Positions 1-9,508 are shown, numbered from the stretch's first letter. The stretch is 64,000 nucleotides of DNA from Candidatus Colwellbacteria bacterium (GCA_027448785.1 DAIDMW010000002.1:7252-71251); one strand, 5' to 3'. Program-made: numbers and translations. The notes: a model not told the origin generated them from the sequence alone.

Positions 1-956
1 AGAAGAGTAGCTTTAATCTCTGTCGGATGATGGCCGTAATCGTCGTAGACCGCCGCGCCGTTTATGGCCGCTCCCTTAAATTCAAACCTTCTCCAGGTCC
101 CGGAAAAGGACGAGAGTGATTTCAAAGCCGTCCGCTTGCCGATGCCGGCTATCTCTGCCACCGCAAGCGCGGCTTTGGCGTTTTCCAGATTGTGCTTTCC
201 CGGTACCAACAGTTTCAAACCGGCAAGATTTTCTTTTTCGTAATCGACAACTCGGCATGCGGCTTTTCTTACGACCGGCTTTATTTTCGGATTATTCGCG
301 TCAGTGACCAGATAATCGTTTTTTCCAAGCTTGGAAACAAACTCGCTGAACGCCTTCCGGATATCCTTCAAATCCTTATAGTAATCCAGGTGGTCGTTAT
401 CGATGTTGGTGATAACGATAATTTTCGGTTCCAAGTTAAGGAAAGAGCGACGGTATTCGCAGGCTTCGGCTATGAAATACTTCCCGCGCCCGGCAATCAG
501 GTTGCTTTTTGCATCTTTTAAAAGGCTGCCGACCACGACCGTCGGATCCTTTTTTGCATCCTTGAAGATCTTTCCGATCATCGCCGTAGTAGTAGTTTTG
601 CCGTGCGTGCCGGAAACGGCAATAGTAAAGTGCTTTTTCGAAACGGCGCCCAAAGCCTGCGGATAAGTGAGAAGAGGTATGCATAGTTTCCGGGCCATCG
701 TCAGTTCCGGATTATCATCCGGAATGGCAATGGTGTAGACGACCAAGTCGGCGTCGGATGGAACCTGAGAGGATTTCTGCCCGATATAAATCTTCGCTCC
801 GATTTTTCCAAGCTCCTCGGTTATGGGAGAGGACGCGCGATCCGAGCCGCTAACCTTTACTCCATTCTTCAGCATCATTCGCGCAATGGCCGAAATGCCG
901 ATGCCGCCAATGCCGATGAAGTGCGCTTTCTTTATTCTTTTAAAATCAATCTCCAT
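1..956 (-). CDS. murC: UDP-N-acetylmuramate--L-alanine ligase (partial, runs off the left edge)
   Basis: Manual translation from ATG at 956: MEIDFKRIKKAHFIGIGGIGISAIARMM...SGSD, then IAVSGTHGKTTTTAMI. Directly follows murD. Not in the ORF track. Confidence 0.93.
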   Translation of the reverse strand, partial: MEIDFKRIKKAHFIGIGGIGISAIARMMLKNGVKVSGSDRASSPITEELGKIGAKIYIGQKSSQVPSDADLVVYTIAIPDDNPELTMARKLCIPLLTYPQALGAVSKKHFTIAVSGTHGKTTTTAMIGKIFKDAKKDPTVVVGSLLKDAKSNLIAGRGKYFIAEACEYRRSFLNLEPKIIVITNIDNDHLDYYKDLKDIRKAFSEFVSKLGKNDYLVTDANNPKIKPVVRKAACRVVDYEKENLAGLKLLVPGKHNLENAKAALAVAEIAGIGKRTALKSLSSFSGTWRRFEFKGAAINGAAVYDDYGHHPTEIKATL

Positions 957-957
957 C

Positions 958-2364
958 TTATTTGCTTTTCCCCTCCAATATTCTTCCGACTTCTTTATTA
1001 AACTGGTTGCCGCGGTCGTACTCGTTCTTAAACATGCCGAAGCTGGCCGCCCCGGGCGAGAGAAGGATCAAGTCCCCTCTCCTCGCGACTTTCACCGCCT
1101 CCGCCACAGCTTCCTTCATGGAAGCAACCTCCGTGAAACGAGCATTCTTTTCTTCCAGCTCCTTCTTTATTATATCGGTAGCCGATCCGCGGAAAAGGAT
1201 CGTCTCCTTCGCGCATTTTTTTGCCAGCGTGGCCATTTTCGAAAATTCCAGGCGCTTGTCGTACCCTCCGGCCAGGAGTATTATCCTGCCTTTTTTGTCG
1301 GATAGAGCATTAAAGGCCGCGACTGTTGCATCCGGCGTCGTTGCGGTCGTGTCGTTGTAAAACTCAACGCCATTGCGTTTGCCGACAAACTCCAGCCGGC
1401 CGGCCAAGCCGGAGAAGCGGCGCAGAGCTTCCCTGACGGCTTTGGTCGGCAAGCCGTAAATCTTAGCAGCAGCCACCGCCGCCAAAGCGTTCTCCAGATT
1501 GGATTTCCCCAATATTTTCAGAGCGCTAGCCGGAGCAATAAGCTCGCGTTTTCCTCCGAGCTGGAAGTATATCTTTCCATCCTGCAGGTATGCGCCGTCC
1601 ATTTTTCCGATGGGCCGCAGCGAAAACCAGATCAGGCGCGCGCGCTTTTTTTTTATTCTCTTCCGCACCTCGGCGTTGTCGCGGTTTGCGATCAGAAAGT
1701 GATCGGCGTTCTGAAAAAGGAAGATGTTATCCTTGTCCCGGTAGTAAGCCTCCAGATTTGGGTACTTGTCCTGGTGGTCGATCAGAAGGTTGGTTAGAAC
1801 AGCGATTTGCGGGCTTTTCTCCGCCGTTCTAAATCCGCGCAACAGCCAGCTGGAAAGCTCGGCGACGACCACGTCTTTCTTCTTCAACTTGCCGAGATAC
1901 TTTAAAGGCGAAACGCCGATATTGCCGCAAAGAACCGCGCTTTTACCGGCCGCGCGGAACATCTCGTCAATCAAGGCCGATGTCGTGCTCTTGCCTCTGG
2001 TGCCAGTAACGCCTATCAAAAAATTACTCTCTTTTTCCAAAAAAATATTCCAATCGTTGATAATCGGCACTCCCATCCTTCGCGCCTCCTCAAGATAAGG
2101 AGAGGTGTCGGGCACGCTGGGGTTCTGAAAGACGACGTCAGCCGACCGGAAATCGCCAAACCTGTGCCGCCCCAAGACTAACTTCAAGTTCTTACGCTCT
2201 TTCAAGCGCTTCAATTGCGCTCCAAGTTCGGCTTCTGTTTTCAGATCGGTAACTAAAACTTCCCGCGCTCCGGCCTTGGAAAAGTAAAGCGCGGCCATGA
2301 TGCCGCTGCCATCACGATATCCGCCCAGACCCATGATTACGATTTTTTTGCCTCGATAATCCAT
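958..2364 (-). CDS. murD: UDP-N-acetylmuramoyl-L-alanine--D-glutamate ligase
   Basis: GVTGTRGKSTT P-loop, GNIG, ELSSW, NDTTAT, LLSPGAASFGMFKNEYDRG C-terminal MurD motif. Confidence 0.95.
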   Translation of the reverse strand: MDYRGKKIVIMGLGGYRDGSGIMAALYFSKAGAREVLVTDLKTEAELGAQLKRLKERKNLKLVLGRHRFGDFRSADVVFQNPSVPDTSPYLEEARRMGVPIINDWNIFLEKESNFLIGVTGTRGKSTTSALIDEMFRAAGKSAVLCGNIGVSPLKYLGKLKKKDVVVAELSSWLLRGFRTAEKSPQIAVLTNLLIDHQDKYPNLEAYYRDKDNIFLFQNADHFLIANRDNAEVRKRIKKKRARLIWFSLRPIGKMDGAYLQDGKIYFQLGGKRELIAPASALKILGKSNLENALAAVAAAKIYGLPTKAVREALRRFSGLAGRLEFVGKRNGVEFYNDTTATTPDATVAAFNALSDKKGRIILLAGGYDKRLEFSKMATLAKKCAKETILFRGSATDIIKKELEEKNARFTEVASMKEAVAEAVKVARRGDLILLSPGAASFGMFKNEYDRGNQFNKEVGRILEGKSK

Positions 2365-2400
2365 GTAATGCTTACGATACTCCCAAGGAGGAAAAACTCA

Positions 2401-2564
2401 AAGAGCGAAAAAGCGCAGAGATAAAAGCGCAAAACTAAAAGCTAAAAGCGAAAAACAACGACTAAGGACTAGGGGTTAGGGACTGCGAATTAGGATTGCG
2501 GACTAAACCCTAATCCCCAGTCCCTAGTCCCTACATTAACTTTTGCGCTTTTAGCTTTGCGCTC
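2401..2564. repeat. Heptamer-periodic palindromic intergenic element, copy 1 (outer AAAAGCN arms plus inner AGGGACT/AGTCCCT module)
   Basis: AAAGCGCAAAACTAAAAGCTAAAAGCGAAAAAC...TTTTGCGCTTTTAGCTTTGCGCTC. Abuts the rplU stop codon. Confidence 0.85.
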
Positions 2565-2873
2565 TTAAGCCGATATCTTCTCGATCTGCACCTCGGTGAA
2601 GTGCTGGCGGTGGGTGTTTTTAGTCCGCTTCCTAGTCTTGGAATGATAATGGAAAACCACCTCCTTGCGCGTGCGCCCCTGGCGCAGTATTACCGCCTCG
2701 GCCTTCGCTTTCAAATAAGGCATTCCGATCTTCACCTCTCCGCCATCGGCGAAAAGAAGCACCTTGTCAAAAGATACCTTGTCGCCGGCTGCTCCGGCCA
2801 GCTTCTCCACCTTAACCTTTGTTCCGGGTTCGGCTTTATACTGCTTTCCACCCGTCTCGATAATCGCGAACAT
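2565..2873 (-). CDS. rplU: 50S ribosomal protein L21
   Basis: MFAIIETGGKQYK...HRQHFTEVQIEKI. Confidence 0.97.
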   Translation of the reverse strand: MFAIIETGGKQYKAEPGTKVKVEKLAGAAGDKVSFDKVLLFADGGEVKIGMPYLKAKAEAVILRQGRTRKEVVFHYHSKTRKRTKNTHRQHFTEVQIEKISA

Positions 2874-2882
2874 AACAAGGAC

Positions 2883-2911
2883 AGTATAGCGGCTCGCCCG
2901 TTTGCCGTCAA
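2883..2911 (-). promoter_or_regulatory. sigma70-type promoter of rplU (near-leaderless)
   Basis: TTGACG-17 bp-TATACT, 9 nt before the ATG. Confidence 0.7.
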
Positions 2912-2916
2912 TCAGG

Positions 2917-3246
2917 CTAATTGAGCCGCACGAGCATTATTGAAAAGGCCAGAAAGAAGACCGACGAGGCTAAAGCGCCGGCTATCAGAAGGTAAGAGAG
3001 GAACTTAGCCGAACGGTAAAGAGCGGACGCCAAAAACCAGCTGCCGGCGGCAATCGCCAGGCCGGTAATGAAAATAAAAGACAGGGATTCCCAGCCGCCG
3101 GCCACCGCCAAACCGCTCAGAGTGTCGTATCTTATGACGAAAGGCCCGCTCTGGTCGCGCAGGGCGGATAGCGGCCAGCCGATAGCGATAAAAGTCAAAA
3201 GGAGGCTAAGAGCCGCCGCACCGACCAATTTCCTGTCATGCCACAT
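2917..3246 (-). CDS. Hypothetical membrane protein (about 3 TM helices)
   Basis: Hydrophobic ORF. Start moved to ATG 3246 (MWHDRKL) because the longer ORF-track start overlaps tRNA-Glu. Confidence 0.65.
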   Translation of the reverse strand: MWHDRKLVGAAALSLLLTFIAIGWPLSALRDQSGPFVIRYDTLSGLAVAGGWESLSFIFITGLAIAAGSWFLASALYRSAKFLSYLLIAGALASSVFFLAFSIMLVRLN

Positions 3247-3258
3247 TTTTTTTGATAG

Positions 3259-3333
3259 TACCGTTACCGGGATTCGAACCCGGGTTCCATGGCTGAGAAC
3301 CATGTGTCCTGGACCAGGCTAGACGATAACGGC
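3259..3333 (-). tRNA. tRNA-Glu(CTC)
   Basis: GCCGTTA/TAACGGT acceptor, anticodon arm CATGG-TTCTCAG-CCATG, GGTTCGAATCC T-arm. CCA not encoded. Confidence 0.95.
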
Positions 3334-3390
3334 TGAAGCTTCCGCATTATACCAGATAGCTTAAAAAACGCCAGAGTTTCCGCACTTTAT

Positions 3391-4677
3391 CTATCCCCGC
3401 AGCCAGTGCCCGTACTGCCTGACCAGGAGTTTCGAGGCCTTTTCCGGCTCGGCCATTATCTCCAAAACGATTTTCTCCATCCGCGCCGACTGCGACCCCT
3501 TTATCAGGATCAAGTCTTTGGGTTTTATGAGATCCTGCACCTTCTTTTTCGCCTCATCAGCGGAGTCGAAACTCCAAACTGCCTCCTCCGGCAATCCTTT
3601 TTCAACCGCCCCCTTGGCGATGAATTTCGCTTTGACCCCGACCGTCACCAGGATGTTCACGGTTTCCGCCGCGACAGCTCCGGTGTCTTCGTGGGCGGAA
3701 GCCGTATATTTACCGAGCTCCGACATGTCGCCCAAGACGGCAATCTTCCGCGGGGCGGGAATCTCTTTTAATATCTCCAGCGCCGACCAGGTCGAAAGCG
3801 GAGAAGCGTTATAAGTATCGTCGATTATGTATGAATCTTTCACACCCGGCAGTATCCTCGCGCGTCCGCGCTCTCCGGGATAGCGGGCCAGCGCCTCCGA
3901 TATTTGAACCAGGTTCAATCCCTGGGATATCCCGACCGCCGCCGCCGCCGCGGCGGCGTACGCGTGCGGCTTCCCCAAAACTCCGTCGATACGCACCGGC
4001 ACGAAACCCCCTCCGTACTCCAGCTTGAAAACTATGCCGGTCGGCCGACCATCCTCGCTCTTGTTTTCAAATCCCGAGATCCGCATCGACGCCCCTTCCT
4101 TGAAGCCGAAGGTTATCACTTTTGACTTGGTTTTCTCCTTCATCTCGAAAACATACGGATCGTCATAGTTCAAAATAGCGAATCCGTTGCCGTTCAAGCT
4201 GCGCACCAAGCGCGATTTTTCCGTGGCCACCTCTTCGGCATCGTTGTAAAACTCGACATGGACGGGGACGGCGCCGACCGCGGTTACCACCGCCACCTCC
4301 GGGCGTACGATCTCCAGAAGATAACCGATATCCCCGGGGCGGTCGGCTCCGTACTCCAAAACTATCGCTTCGGGATAAGGAAGGCGGAAAATCAGCCAGA
4401 CAACAGCGCGACCAACGACTTTCAGCCAAAAAAACGCTCCGCCCGAAGAGCTGTAGTCGCCGATGATCGCGAGTGGCAGACCCAGCTCGCTATTGAGATT
4501 GCCGGCCGGCATCCTCGTCTTATACTTGGAATTTAAAACGGCAGCCGTTGCCAGCTTGGTCGAAGTTTTGCCGACGCTGCCCGTGATTCCCACCACCAGC
4601 GGATGGTATCTTCTAATCAGCGCCTTTGCCAGGCGCTTTAGCAGTTTTTGCAGTTTTTTCAAAGCCCAGTTTCTCAT
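3391..4677 (-). CDS. murF: UDP-N-acetylmuramoyl-tripeptide--D-alanyl-D-alanine ligase
   Basis: GITGSVGKTSTK, NSELGLPL, IIDDTYNASP, VLGDMSELG, LIKGSQ. Confidence 0.95.
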   Translation of the reverse strand: MRNWALKKLQKLLKRLAKALIRRYHPLVVGITGSVGKTSTKLATAAVLNSKYKTRMPAGNLNSELGLPLAIIGDYSSSGGAFFWLKVVGRAVVWLIFRLPYPEAIVLEYGADRPGDIGYLLEIVRPEVAVVTAVGAVPVHVEFYNDAEEVATEKSRLVRSLNGNGFAILNYDDPYVFEMKEKTKSKVITFGFKEGASMRISGFENKSEDGRPTGIVFKLEYGGGFVPVRIDGVLGKPHAYAAAAAAAVGISQGLNLVQISEALARYPGERGRARILPGVKDSYIIDDTYNASPLSTWSALEILKEIPAPRKIAVLGDMSELGKYTASAHEDTGAVAAETVNILVTVGVKAKFIAKGAVEKGLPEEAVWSFDSADEAKKKVQDLIKPKDLILIKGSQSARMEKIVLEIMAEPEKASKLLVRQYGHWLRG

Positions 4678-4678
4678 T

Positions 4679-6334
4679 TTAAGGAACTAAGGTTGACGAA
4701 CTATTCATTGGATAGTTGTCCGGCGGCACATTATAGTAGTTCAGAATAAAGCTCGCTAGCTGCTGCCAATAAGGCACGACGATTCCGGAAAGCGGAGCTC
4801 CGGCCGGTTCGTAAAGCACGATCAAGGCGACGAATTTGGGGTTATGAGCCGGTGCGAAACCGATGTAGCTGTCGATGACTTGACTGGTGTATCCGCCGGT
4901 CTTCAGGTTCGGAACCTGCGCCGTTCCGCTTTTGCCGGCCACGTTGTATCCGGGTATCTCCGCCAGCTTTCCGTGCATCACATCGTGTTCCATCATCGTC
5001 ACCGTCTCATCGGCGGCGGTGGCGGAAATGACGCGGCGAACGACTTTCGGAGACTGATCGCCGTCCACGTACGGCTGCATCATCACACCGTGGTTGGCGA
5101 TGGTCGAGATCGCCTCAACCATGCGCATAGGCGTCGCTGAGACGCCTTGGCCGAAGCTGGCAGCGGCCCAATCGATCGGTTCGGTGTGCGTCCTGGTAAG
5201 CTGGTGCAGGCTGCCGACCACCTCGCCCGGAAGATCAATTCCGGTCTTAACGTTAAAACCGAATTTGTAAAGATAATTGAGGAAATTTTGGTTACCCAAC
5301 CTATTTTCCACGAATGCGGCTCCGATGTTTAGCGAGTCGGCGATGACCGTCGTCATGTTTGTCCAGCCGTGAGCCTTCTTGTCCCAGTCGAAAATCGTGT
5401 GCCCGTTCAGCACCAGCCGTCCACTGTCGTAATACTCGGTGCTGGTTTGTATAACTCCGGCATCCAACGCTGAAGACATCGTTACCGGCTTCATAATCGA
5501 TCCGGGCTCGAAAATACTCTGCACGGCCGGATCGATGAAAGAGTTGAGCGGGTACTGGCCGTAGCTGTTGGGGTTGAAGTCCGGCAGGTTGGCCAGGGCG
5601 AGAATGGCCCCCGTCTGCGGGTTTTCCACGATGAAGGTTCCGCCAGCCGCCTTGTGCTGGGTTATCGCTTCATTCAAGAGATACTCGGCCTGGGCCTGGA
5701 TGTTGCGGTCGATTGTCAGGTGAATATCCTTGCCGTCGACGGCCGAGGTAGCCACGCCGTTAGCCACCTCGCCGGGGGTTCCGGTCAAAGTCGCGTTATA
5801 ATATTTTTCCGCTCCGTACATTCCCACCGGCGGAGTGCTTTGGGATACATAGCCGACGACCTGGGAAGCCAAGGTGCCCAGCGGATAATACCGTCCCACT
5901 ATTTCGTTGACATAGACGCCCATCATCTTAGCGTTATCAACCGAGTCGGCCTGAGCCGAGGTCGCTCGCTTTATCAAGATAGAGTACATGGAGTTTTTAT
6001 TGCTTAAAACCTGCAGCAAATTGCCGGGAAGGTTGGTGCCGCCCAGAAGGTTGTCCAACTCGGCGGCGGTCGTGGTCGGGCTGACAATGTCTTTCGGCAC
6101 CGCGTAAATCTGCGGATAATCGCGGTTAATGGCCGCCGGTATCTCGTCGCCACTGCTATCGGTCAGATAAATGTTCCCGCGGTTGGGAATCGATGCCATC
6201 GACCACTTCGCGAGAGACGCCGCTTTGGCGCTATAATATCCGCCCTTGTGGAGCTGGATGTTATAAAGATTGAAACCTAAAATCGAGTATAAAACGCAGA
6301 AAGCTGCGATTAAGAACGTGATACGAAAGCCCAT
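4679..6334 (-). CDS. ftsI: Class B penicillin-binding protein (FtsI/PBP2-like transpeptidase)
   Basis: N-terminal TM, RGNIY, EPGSIMK (SxxK), SLN (SxN), KSGTAQ. Lies after mraZ-rsmH-ftsL. Confidence 0.88.
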   Translation of the reverse strand: MGFRITFLIAAFCVLYSILGFNLYNIQLHKGGYYSAKAASLAKWSMASIPNRGNIYLTDSSGDEIPAAINRDYPQIYAVPKDIVSPTTTAAELDNLLGGTNLPGNLLQVLSNKNSMYSILIKRATSAQADSVDNAKMMGVYVNEIVGRYYPLGTLASQVVGYVSQSTPPVGMYGAEKYYNATLTGTPGEVANGVATSAVDGKDIHLTIDRNIQAQAEYLLNEAITQHKAAGGTFIVENPQTGAILALANLPDFNPNSYGQYPLNSFIDPAVQSIFEPGSIMKPVTMSSALDAGVIQTSTEYYDSGRLVLNGHTIFDWDKKAHGWTNMTTVIADSLNIGAAFVENRLGNQNFLNYLYKFGFNVKTGIDLPGEVVGSLHQLTRTHTEPIDWAAASFGQGVSATPMRMVEAISTIANHGVMMQPYVDGDQSPKVVRRVISATAADETVTMMEHDVMHGKLAEIPGYNVAGKSGTAQVPNLKTGGYTSQVIDSYIGFAPAHNPKFVALIVLYEPAGAPLSGIVVPYWQQLASFILNYYNVPPDNYPMNSSSTLVP

Positions 6335-6603
6335 TGTGGATTAACTTCTCTCACCAATCCATCCGCCGCGGCCAGATTCTTCAGATTGTTCGGATCGGTT
6401 ATTTTGTAGAATTGATCTTTCAGCTCAGCATTTTTCACCTGCGCATTCTGCACTGATTGCGTTAGGCTTGCGATATCCTGACTGACACTGACTGTTCTAG
6501 AATAAATAATTATGGTGAGTGAAGCAACACCGACCAGCAGGCCGCTGAGGATGATTATCAGCTTTAAGATTCCGCTGTCTTTGTTTGGTTGAATTACCGT
6601 CAT
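6310..6603 (-). CDS. FtsL-like cell division protein
   Basis: Small single-TM plus coiled-coil protein in the ftsL position between rsmH and ftsI. Confidence 0.6.
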   Translation of the reverse strand: MTVIQPNKDSGILKLIIILSGLLVGVASLTIIIYSRTVSVSQDIASLTQSVQNAQVKNAELKDQFYKITDPNNLKNLAAADGLVREVNPQWAFVSRS

Positions 6604-6624
6604 CTCTCTTTGCTTTCTTGTTTC

Positions 6625-7545
6625 TTATTCGACCTTTTTATTTTTCTTTCCGGTCATCCGCACCGCCCGCAGTTTGGCGGAGCGGCTGCGCGGATTATTC
6701 AAAACCTCGCTTCTTTTGGGGACGACCGGCTTCTTGTTGATTAATTCGGCCTCGCCGGATTTCTGCAGGTCACGGAAAGCGTTCTTCACCATCCGGTCTT
6801 CCAGGGAATGGAAAGAGATGACCGCCGCCCGGCCGTTAACGCCCATCACCTCCGGCAAATCGCTCAATAGGCGGCGCAGGTTGTCTAATTCTCCGTTAAC
6901 CGCGATGCGCAGCGCCTGGAAGACCCTGGTCGCCGGATTTATCTTCCGGTGCGCCGAGGCGGGCAGCGAACTGTAGACGATCTCGGTCAGCTCGCCGACG
7001 CGGAAAATCTTTCCCTTCTTACGGGCCTCGACGATCGCTTTGGCTATACGGCGGGAGAACCTTTCCTCTCCGTACTTCCAGAAGATCTCGGCCAATTCGG
7101 ATTCGGCGGCGCCGTTTACGATATCGGCGGCAGTCGCTCCATTAGTAGCGTCGTAACGCATATCAAGCTCTTCCTCAGGCTTAGCAAAACTAAAGCCTCG
7201 GCCGCTGGTTAGGTGCGCCGAAGAAAACCCTAGGTCTAGGAGAAGAACGTCGGCAAAGTCCGCTCCGGCGCCGCTTAGAATAGATCTGGCGTCGGCGTAA
7301 TTACCGCGCACCCAGGTCGCAGACAGCGACGGAAATCGCTCGGTTACCGCGGCTTTGGCCTCGGCCAGGTTGACTTCGTCCAAGTCGGCGGCGATAAACG
7401 TTCCCTGCCCTCCCATCTTCTCGGCGATAGCTAAGGCATGTCCCCCGCTTCCAACCGTTCCGTCAAAAACAGTTTCGCCCGGCTTCGGATCGAGGACGGC
7501 AACAGTTTCTTCTAGCAAAACCGGGATGTGCGCTGTTTCTTTCAT
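6625..7545 (-). CDS. rsmH: 16S rRNA m4C1402 methyltransferase
   Basis: HIPVLLEE, DGTVGSGGH, DLGFSS, ATRVFQALRIAVN, ISFHSLEDR, NPRSRSAKLR. Confidence 0.97.
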   Translation of the reverse strand: MKETAHIPVLLEETVAVLDPKPGETVFDGTVGSGGHALAIAEKMGGQGTFIAADLDEVNLAEAKAAVTERFPSLSATWVRGNYADARSILSGAGADFADVLLLDLGFSSAHLTSGRGFSFAKPEEELDMRYDATNGATAADIVNGAAESELAEIFWKYGEERFSRRIAKAIVEARKKGKIFRVGELTEIVYSSLPASAHRKINPATRVFQALRIAVNGELDNLRRLLSDLPEVMGVNGRAAVISFHSLEDRMVKNAFRDLQKSGEAELINKKPVVPKRSEVLNNPRSRSAKLRAVRMTGKKNKKVE

Positions 7546-7548
7546 AGG

Positions 7549-7980
7549 CTAAATTCCTAGTTCTCCCAACTTTTCGGCGATCTCGTCCCCCGCGCTCTCC
7601 GTCTTCTCACGGTACTTCTGCCATGCCGCCTCATCCCAGACCTCCACGCGGTTGTAGACGCCGATAACCTTCACGCTTTTACCCAAACCGGCGTATTTCC
7701 TGAGATAATCGGGAATAAGGATCCTTCCCTGCGAATCGAGCTCGGCGCTCGAGGCTCCGGAAAGCATCAGTCTAGCAAAAGCCCTGGAGTTTGCTTGGGC
7801 CAACGGCAAAGCGACGATCTTTTGCGCCAGCGCCTCCCAATCGGCTTCGGTAAAAACAAACAAACAGTGATCCAATCCCCTGGTTATGATGGCTCCGGAG
7901 GATATTTGGTTGCGGAACTTTGCCGGTACGGCGACCCGCCCTTTGGTATCCACTGAATGTTTGAATTCTCCGATAAACAT
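7549..7980 (-). CDS. mraZ: Division/cell wall cluster transcriptional regulator MraZ
   Basis: MFIGEFKHSVDTKGRVAVPAKFR...LDSQGRILIP. Start taken at ATG 7980 (143 aa). Confidence 0.96.
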   Translation of the reverse strand: MFIGEFKHSVDTKGRVAVPAKFRNQISSGAIITRGLDHCLFVFTEADWEALAQKIVALPLAQANSRAFARLMLSGASSAELDSQGRILIPDYLRKYAGLGKSVKVIGVYNRVEVWDEAAWQKYREKTESAGDEIAEKLGELGI

Positions 7981-7994
7981 TAGGTTGATGTCAC

Positions 7995-8056
7995 TTATCC
8001 ACAAAAATTGGCTATTTTGGGGTAGTTATCCACACAGTTATCCACAATTCCCCACT
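7995..8056. promoter_or_regulatory. Three perfect DnaA boxes (TTATCCACA) overlapping GTGG repeats like MraZ operators
   Basis: TTATCCACA at 7995, 8026 and 8038. Minus strand reads GTGGGGAATTGTGGATAACTGTGTGGATAA. Confidence 0.65.
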
Positions 8057-8220
8057 TACATGTAAGTTTACCCATCCTAACCGCTTAAGTCAAAATACGG
8101 ACAAACGCCGGCCCGTACGGAAAAAAGCTTTTATTCAAAGGAAAAAATAAGCTTATAAGCGTATAGGAATAAGTTATCAACAGATTGGTACAAAAAAGGT
8201 TCTTCCCCACCTAGGAAAAA

Positions 8221-8292
8221 GAAAGCGTAAAAGGCAAAACGCGACCAGCTGTTAGTCGCCGGTTCTTTTGCGCTTTAAGTTTCGCGCTTTTT
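8221..8292. repeat. Heptamer palindromic element, copy 2 (short)
   Basis: GAAAGCGTAAAAGGCAAAACGCG...TTCTTTTGCGCTTTAAGTTTCGCGCTTT, a few bases downstream of the tRNA-Val 3' end. Confidence 0.7.
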
Positions 8293-8298
8293 GTCGAA

Positions 8299-8373
8299 TG
8301 GTGGGCAATACTGGATTCGAACCAGTGACCCCTTGTGTGTGATACAAGTGCTCTGCCACTGAGCTAATTGCCC
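8299..8373 (-). tRNA. tRNA-Val(CAC)
   Basis: GGGCAAT/ATTGCCC acceptor, CTTGT-ATCACAC-ACAAG anticodon arm, encoded CCA. Confidence 0.94.
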
Positions 8374-8430
8374 CGCTGGAGATTAAAGACTAGTGACCAA
8401 CGCCAATCACCATAAAAACATTATAAACCA

Positions 8431-8456
8431 AAAAGCGCCTTGGATAAAGGCGCTTT
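8431..8456 (-). terminator. Intrinsic terminator of rplJ-rplL
   Basis: AAAGCGCCTT-TATCC-AAGGCGCTTT followed by Ts on the minus strand. Confidence 0.7.
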
Positions 8457-8475
8457 CTTGGCAAAATTAAGTCTT

Positions 8476-8838
8476 TTACTGGATCTCAACGGTGGCGCCA
8501 GCCTCGGTCAGTTTTTGCTTCAACTCCTCGGCTTCTTCCTTTTTCAATCCTTCCTTGACTACCTTCGGGGCTCCGTCAACCAAATCCTTGGCCTCTTTTA
8601 AGCCGAGACCGGTAGCCTCGCGGACCACTTTGATGACGTTGATCTTCTGGTCACCGGCGGCCTGGAGCATGACATTGAAGGAGGTCTTCTCCTCGACGGC
8701 GGCTCCGGATGCGGCGGCTCCGGATGCGGCCGGCATGGCGGCGCTGATCCCGAACTTCTCCTCCATCGCCTTGACCAGCTCGGCCAATTCGACGACGCTC
8801 ATTTTTTCGATCTCCGATATAAACTTGTCCTTTTCCAT
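8476..8838 (-). CDS. rplL: 50S ribosomal protein L7/L12
   Basis: [35 protein letters not shown]. Confidence 0.97.
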   Translation of the reverse strand: MEKDKFISEIEKMSVVELAELVKAMEEKFGISAAMPAASGAAASGAAVEEKTSFNVMLQAAGDQKINVIKVVREATGLGLKEAKDLVDGAPKVVKEGLKKEEAEELKQKLTEAGATVEIQ

Positions 8839-8862
8839 TTTGTTTGTTTTTTTAACTAACTT

Positions 8863-9351
8863 TTACGACTGCTTTGATTTTTCCTGCAGAATGTACATAA
8901 ACATCCTGAGAGGCGCGGTCATGGTTCCCATAACCTGAGCGAGAAGAACCTCCCGCGTGGGCAGCTGTCCAATCGCCATTACGGTCGCGGCGTCGAACTG
9001 CTGTTTTTTAGCAAGATCCAATCCTCCGAGGATCTTGAAGTTTCCCGATTCCTTGGAAAAACGATAGACTTTGCCGGCCACTGAGCTGATGTCATCATTG
9101 GCGAACACGGTACCGACCTGCGACTCGAACTCGGTCGGATCAAGGTCGATGCCCTTTTCCTGCAAGATGATGCGCAGCAGCCTCTTCTTGATTACGTCGA
9201 ATTCGGCTCCCGACTCTCGCAGCGATCTTTTAAGCGAACGAATCGCCTCGACTTTAGTCCCAGAAAAGTCGGCAAAGATGACGGAACCGGACGAAGCCAT
9301 TTTCTTCTTCCCTTCCTCCAGCGCTTCTTTTTTCTGCTCTTTTGTCTTCAT
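8863..9351 (-). CDS. rplJ: 50S ribosomal protein L10
   Basis: VIKKRLLRI, QLPTREVLLAQ. Upstream of rplL. Confidence 0.95.
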   Translation of the reverse strand: MKTKEQKKEALEEGKKKMASSGSVIFADFSGTKVEAIRSLKRSLRESGAEFDVIKKRLLRIILQEKGIDLDPTEFESQVGTVFANDDISSVAGKVYRFSKESGNFKILGGLDLAKKQQFDAATVMAIGQLPTREVLLAQVMGTMTAPLRMFMYILQEKSKQS

Positions 9352-9370
9352 AGAAAAATAAAAAACCGCG

Positions 9371-9460
9371 AATCCGCAGTTTCTAGATTATTTCCTCGGC
9401 GGGGCTTATCGACCTTCTGCTACCTGGTAGCAGAGCCTTGCCCGCTGTCTGCGGATTGCC
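9371..9460 (-). promoter_or_regulatory. L10 leader (rplJL autoregulatory RNA)
   Basis: Minus strand AATCCGCAGACAGCGGG...CCCGCCGAGG...CTGCGGATT matches the AGACAG/CCGAGG core of L10 leaders, with a closing stem. Confidence 0.72.
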
Positions 9461-9508
9461 TGTTAAATTTAAAGGAGGCGGCCGTTTTTGTCAAACGGAC
9501 GATGAGAC

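Noticed and set aside
116-2098. Plus-strand ORFs opposite murC/murD, and the many antisense ORFs throughout the window
   Set aside because: Shadow frames of well-supported minus-strand genes.
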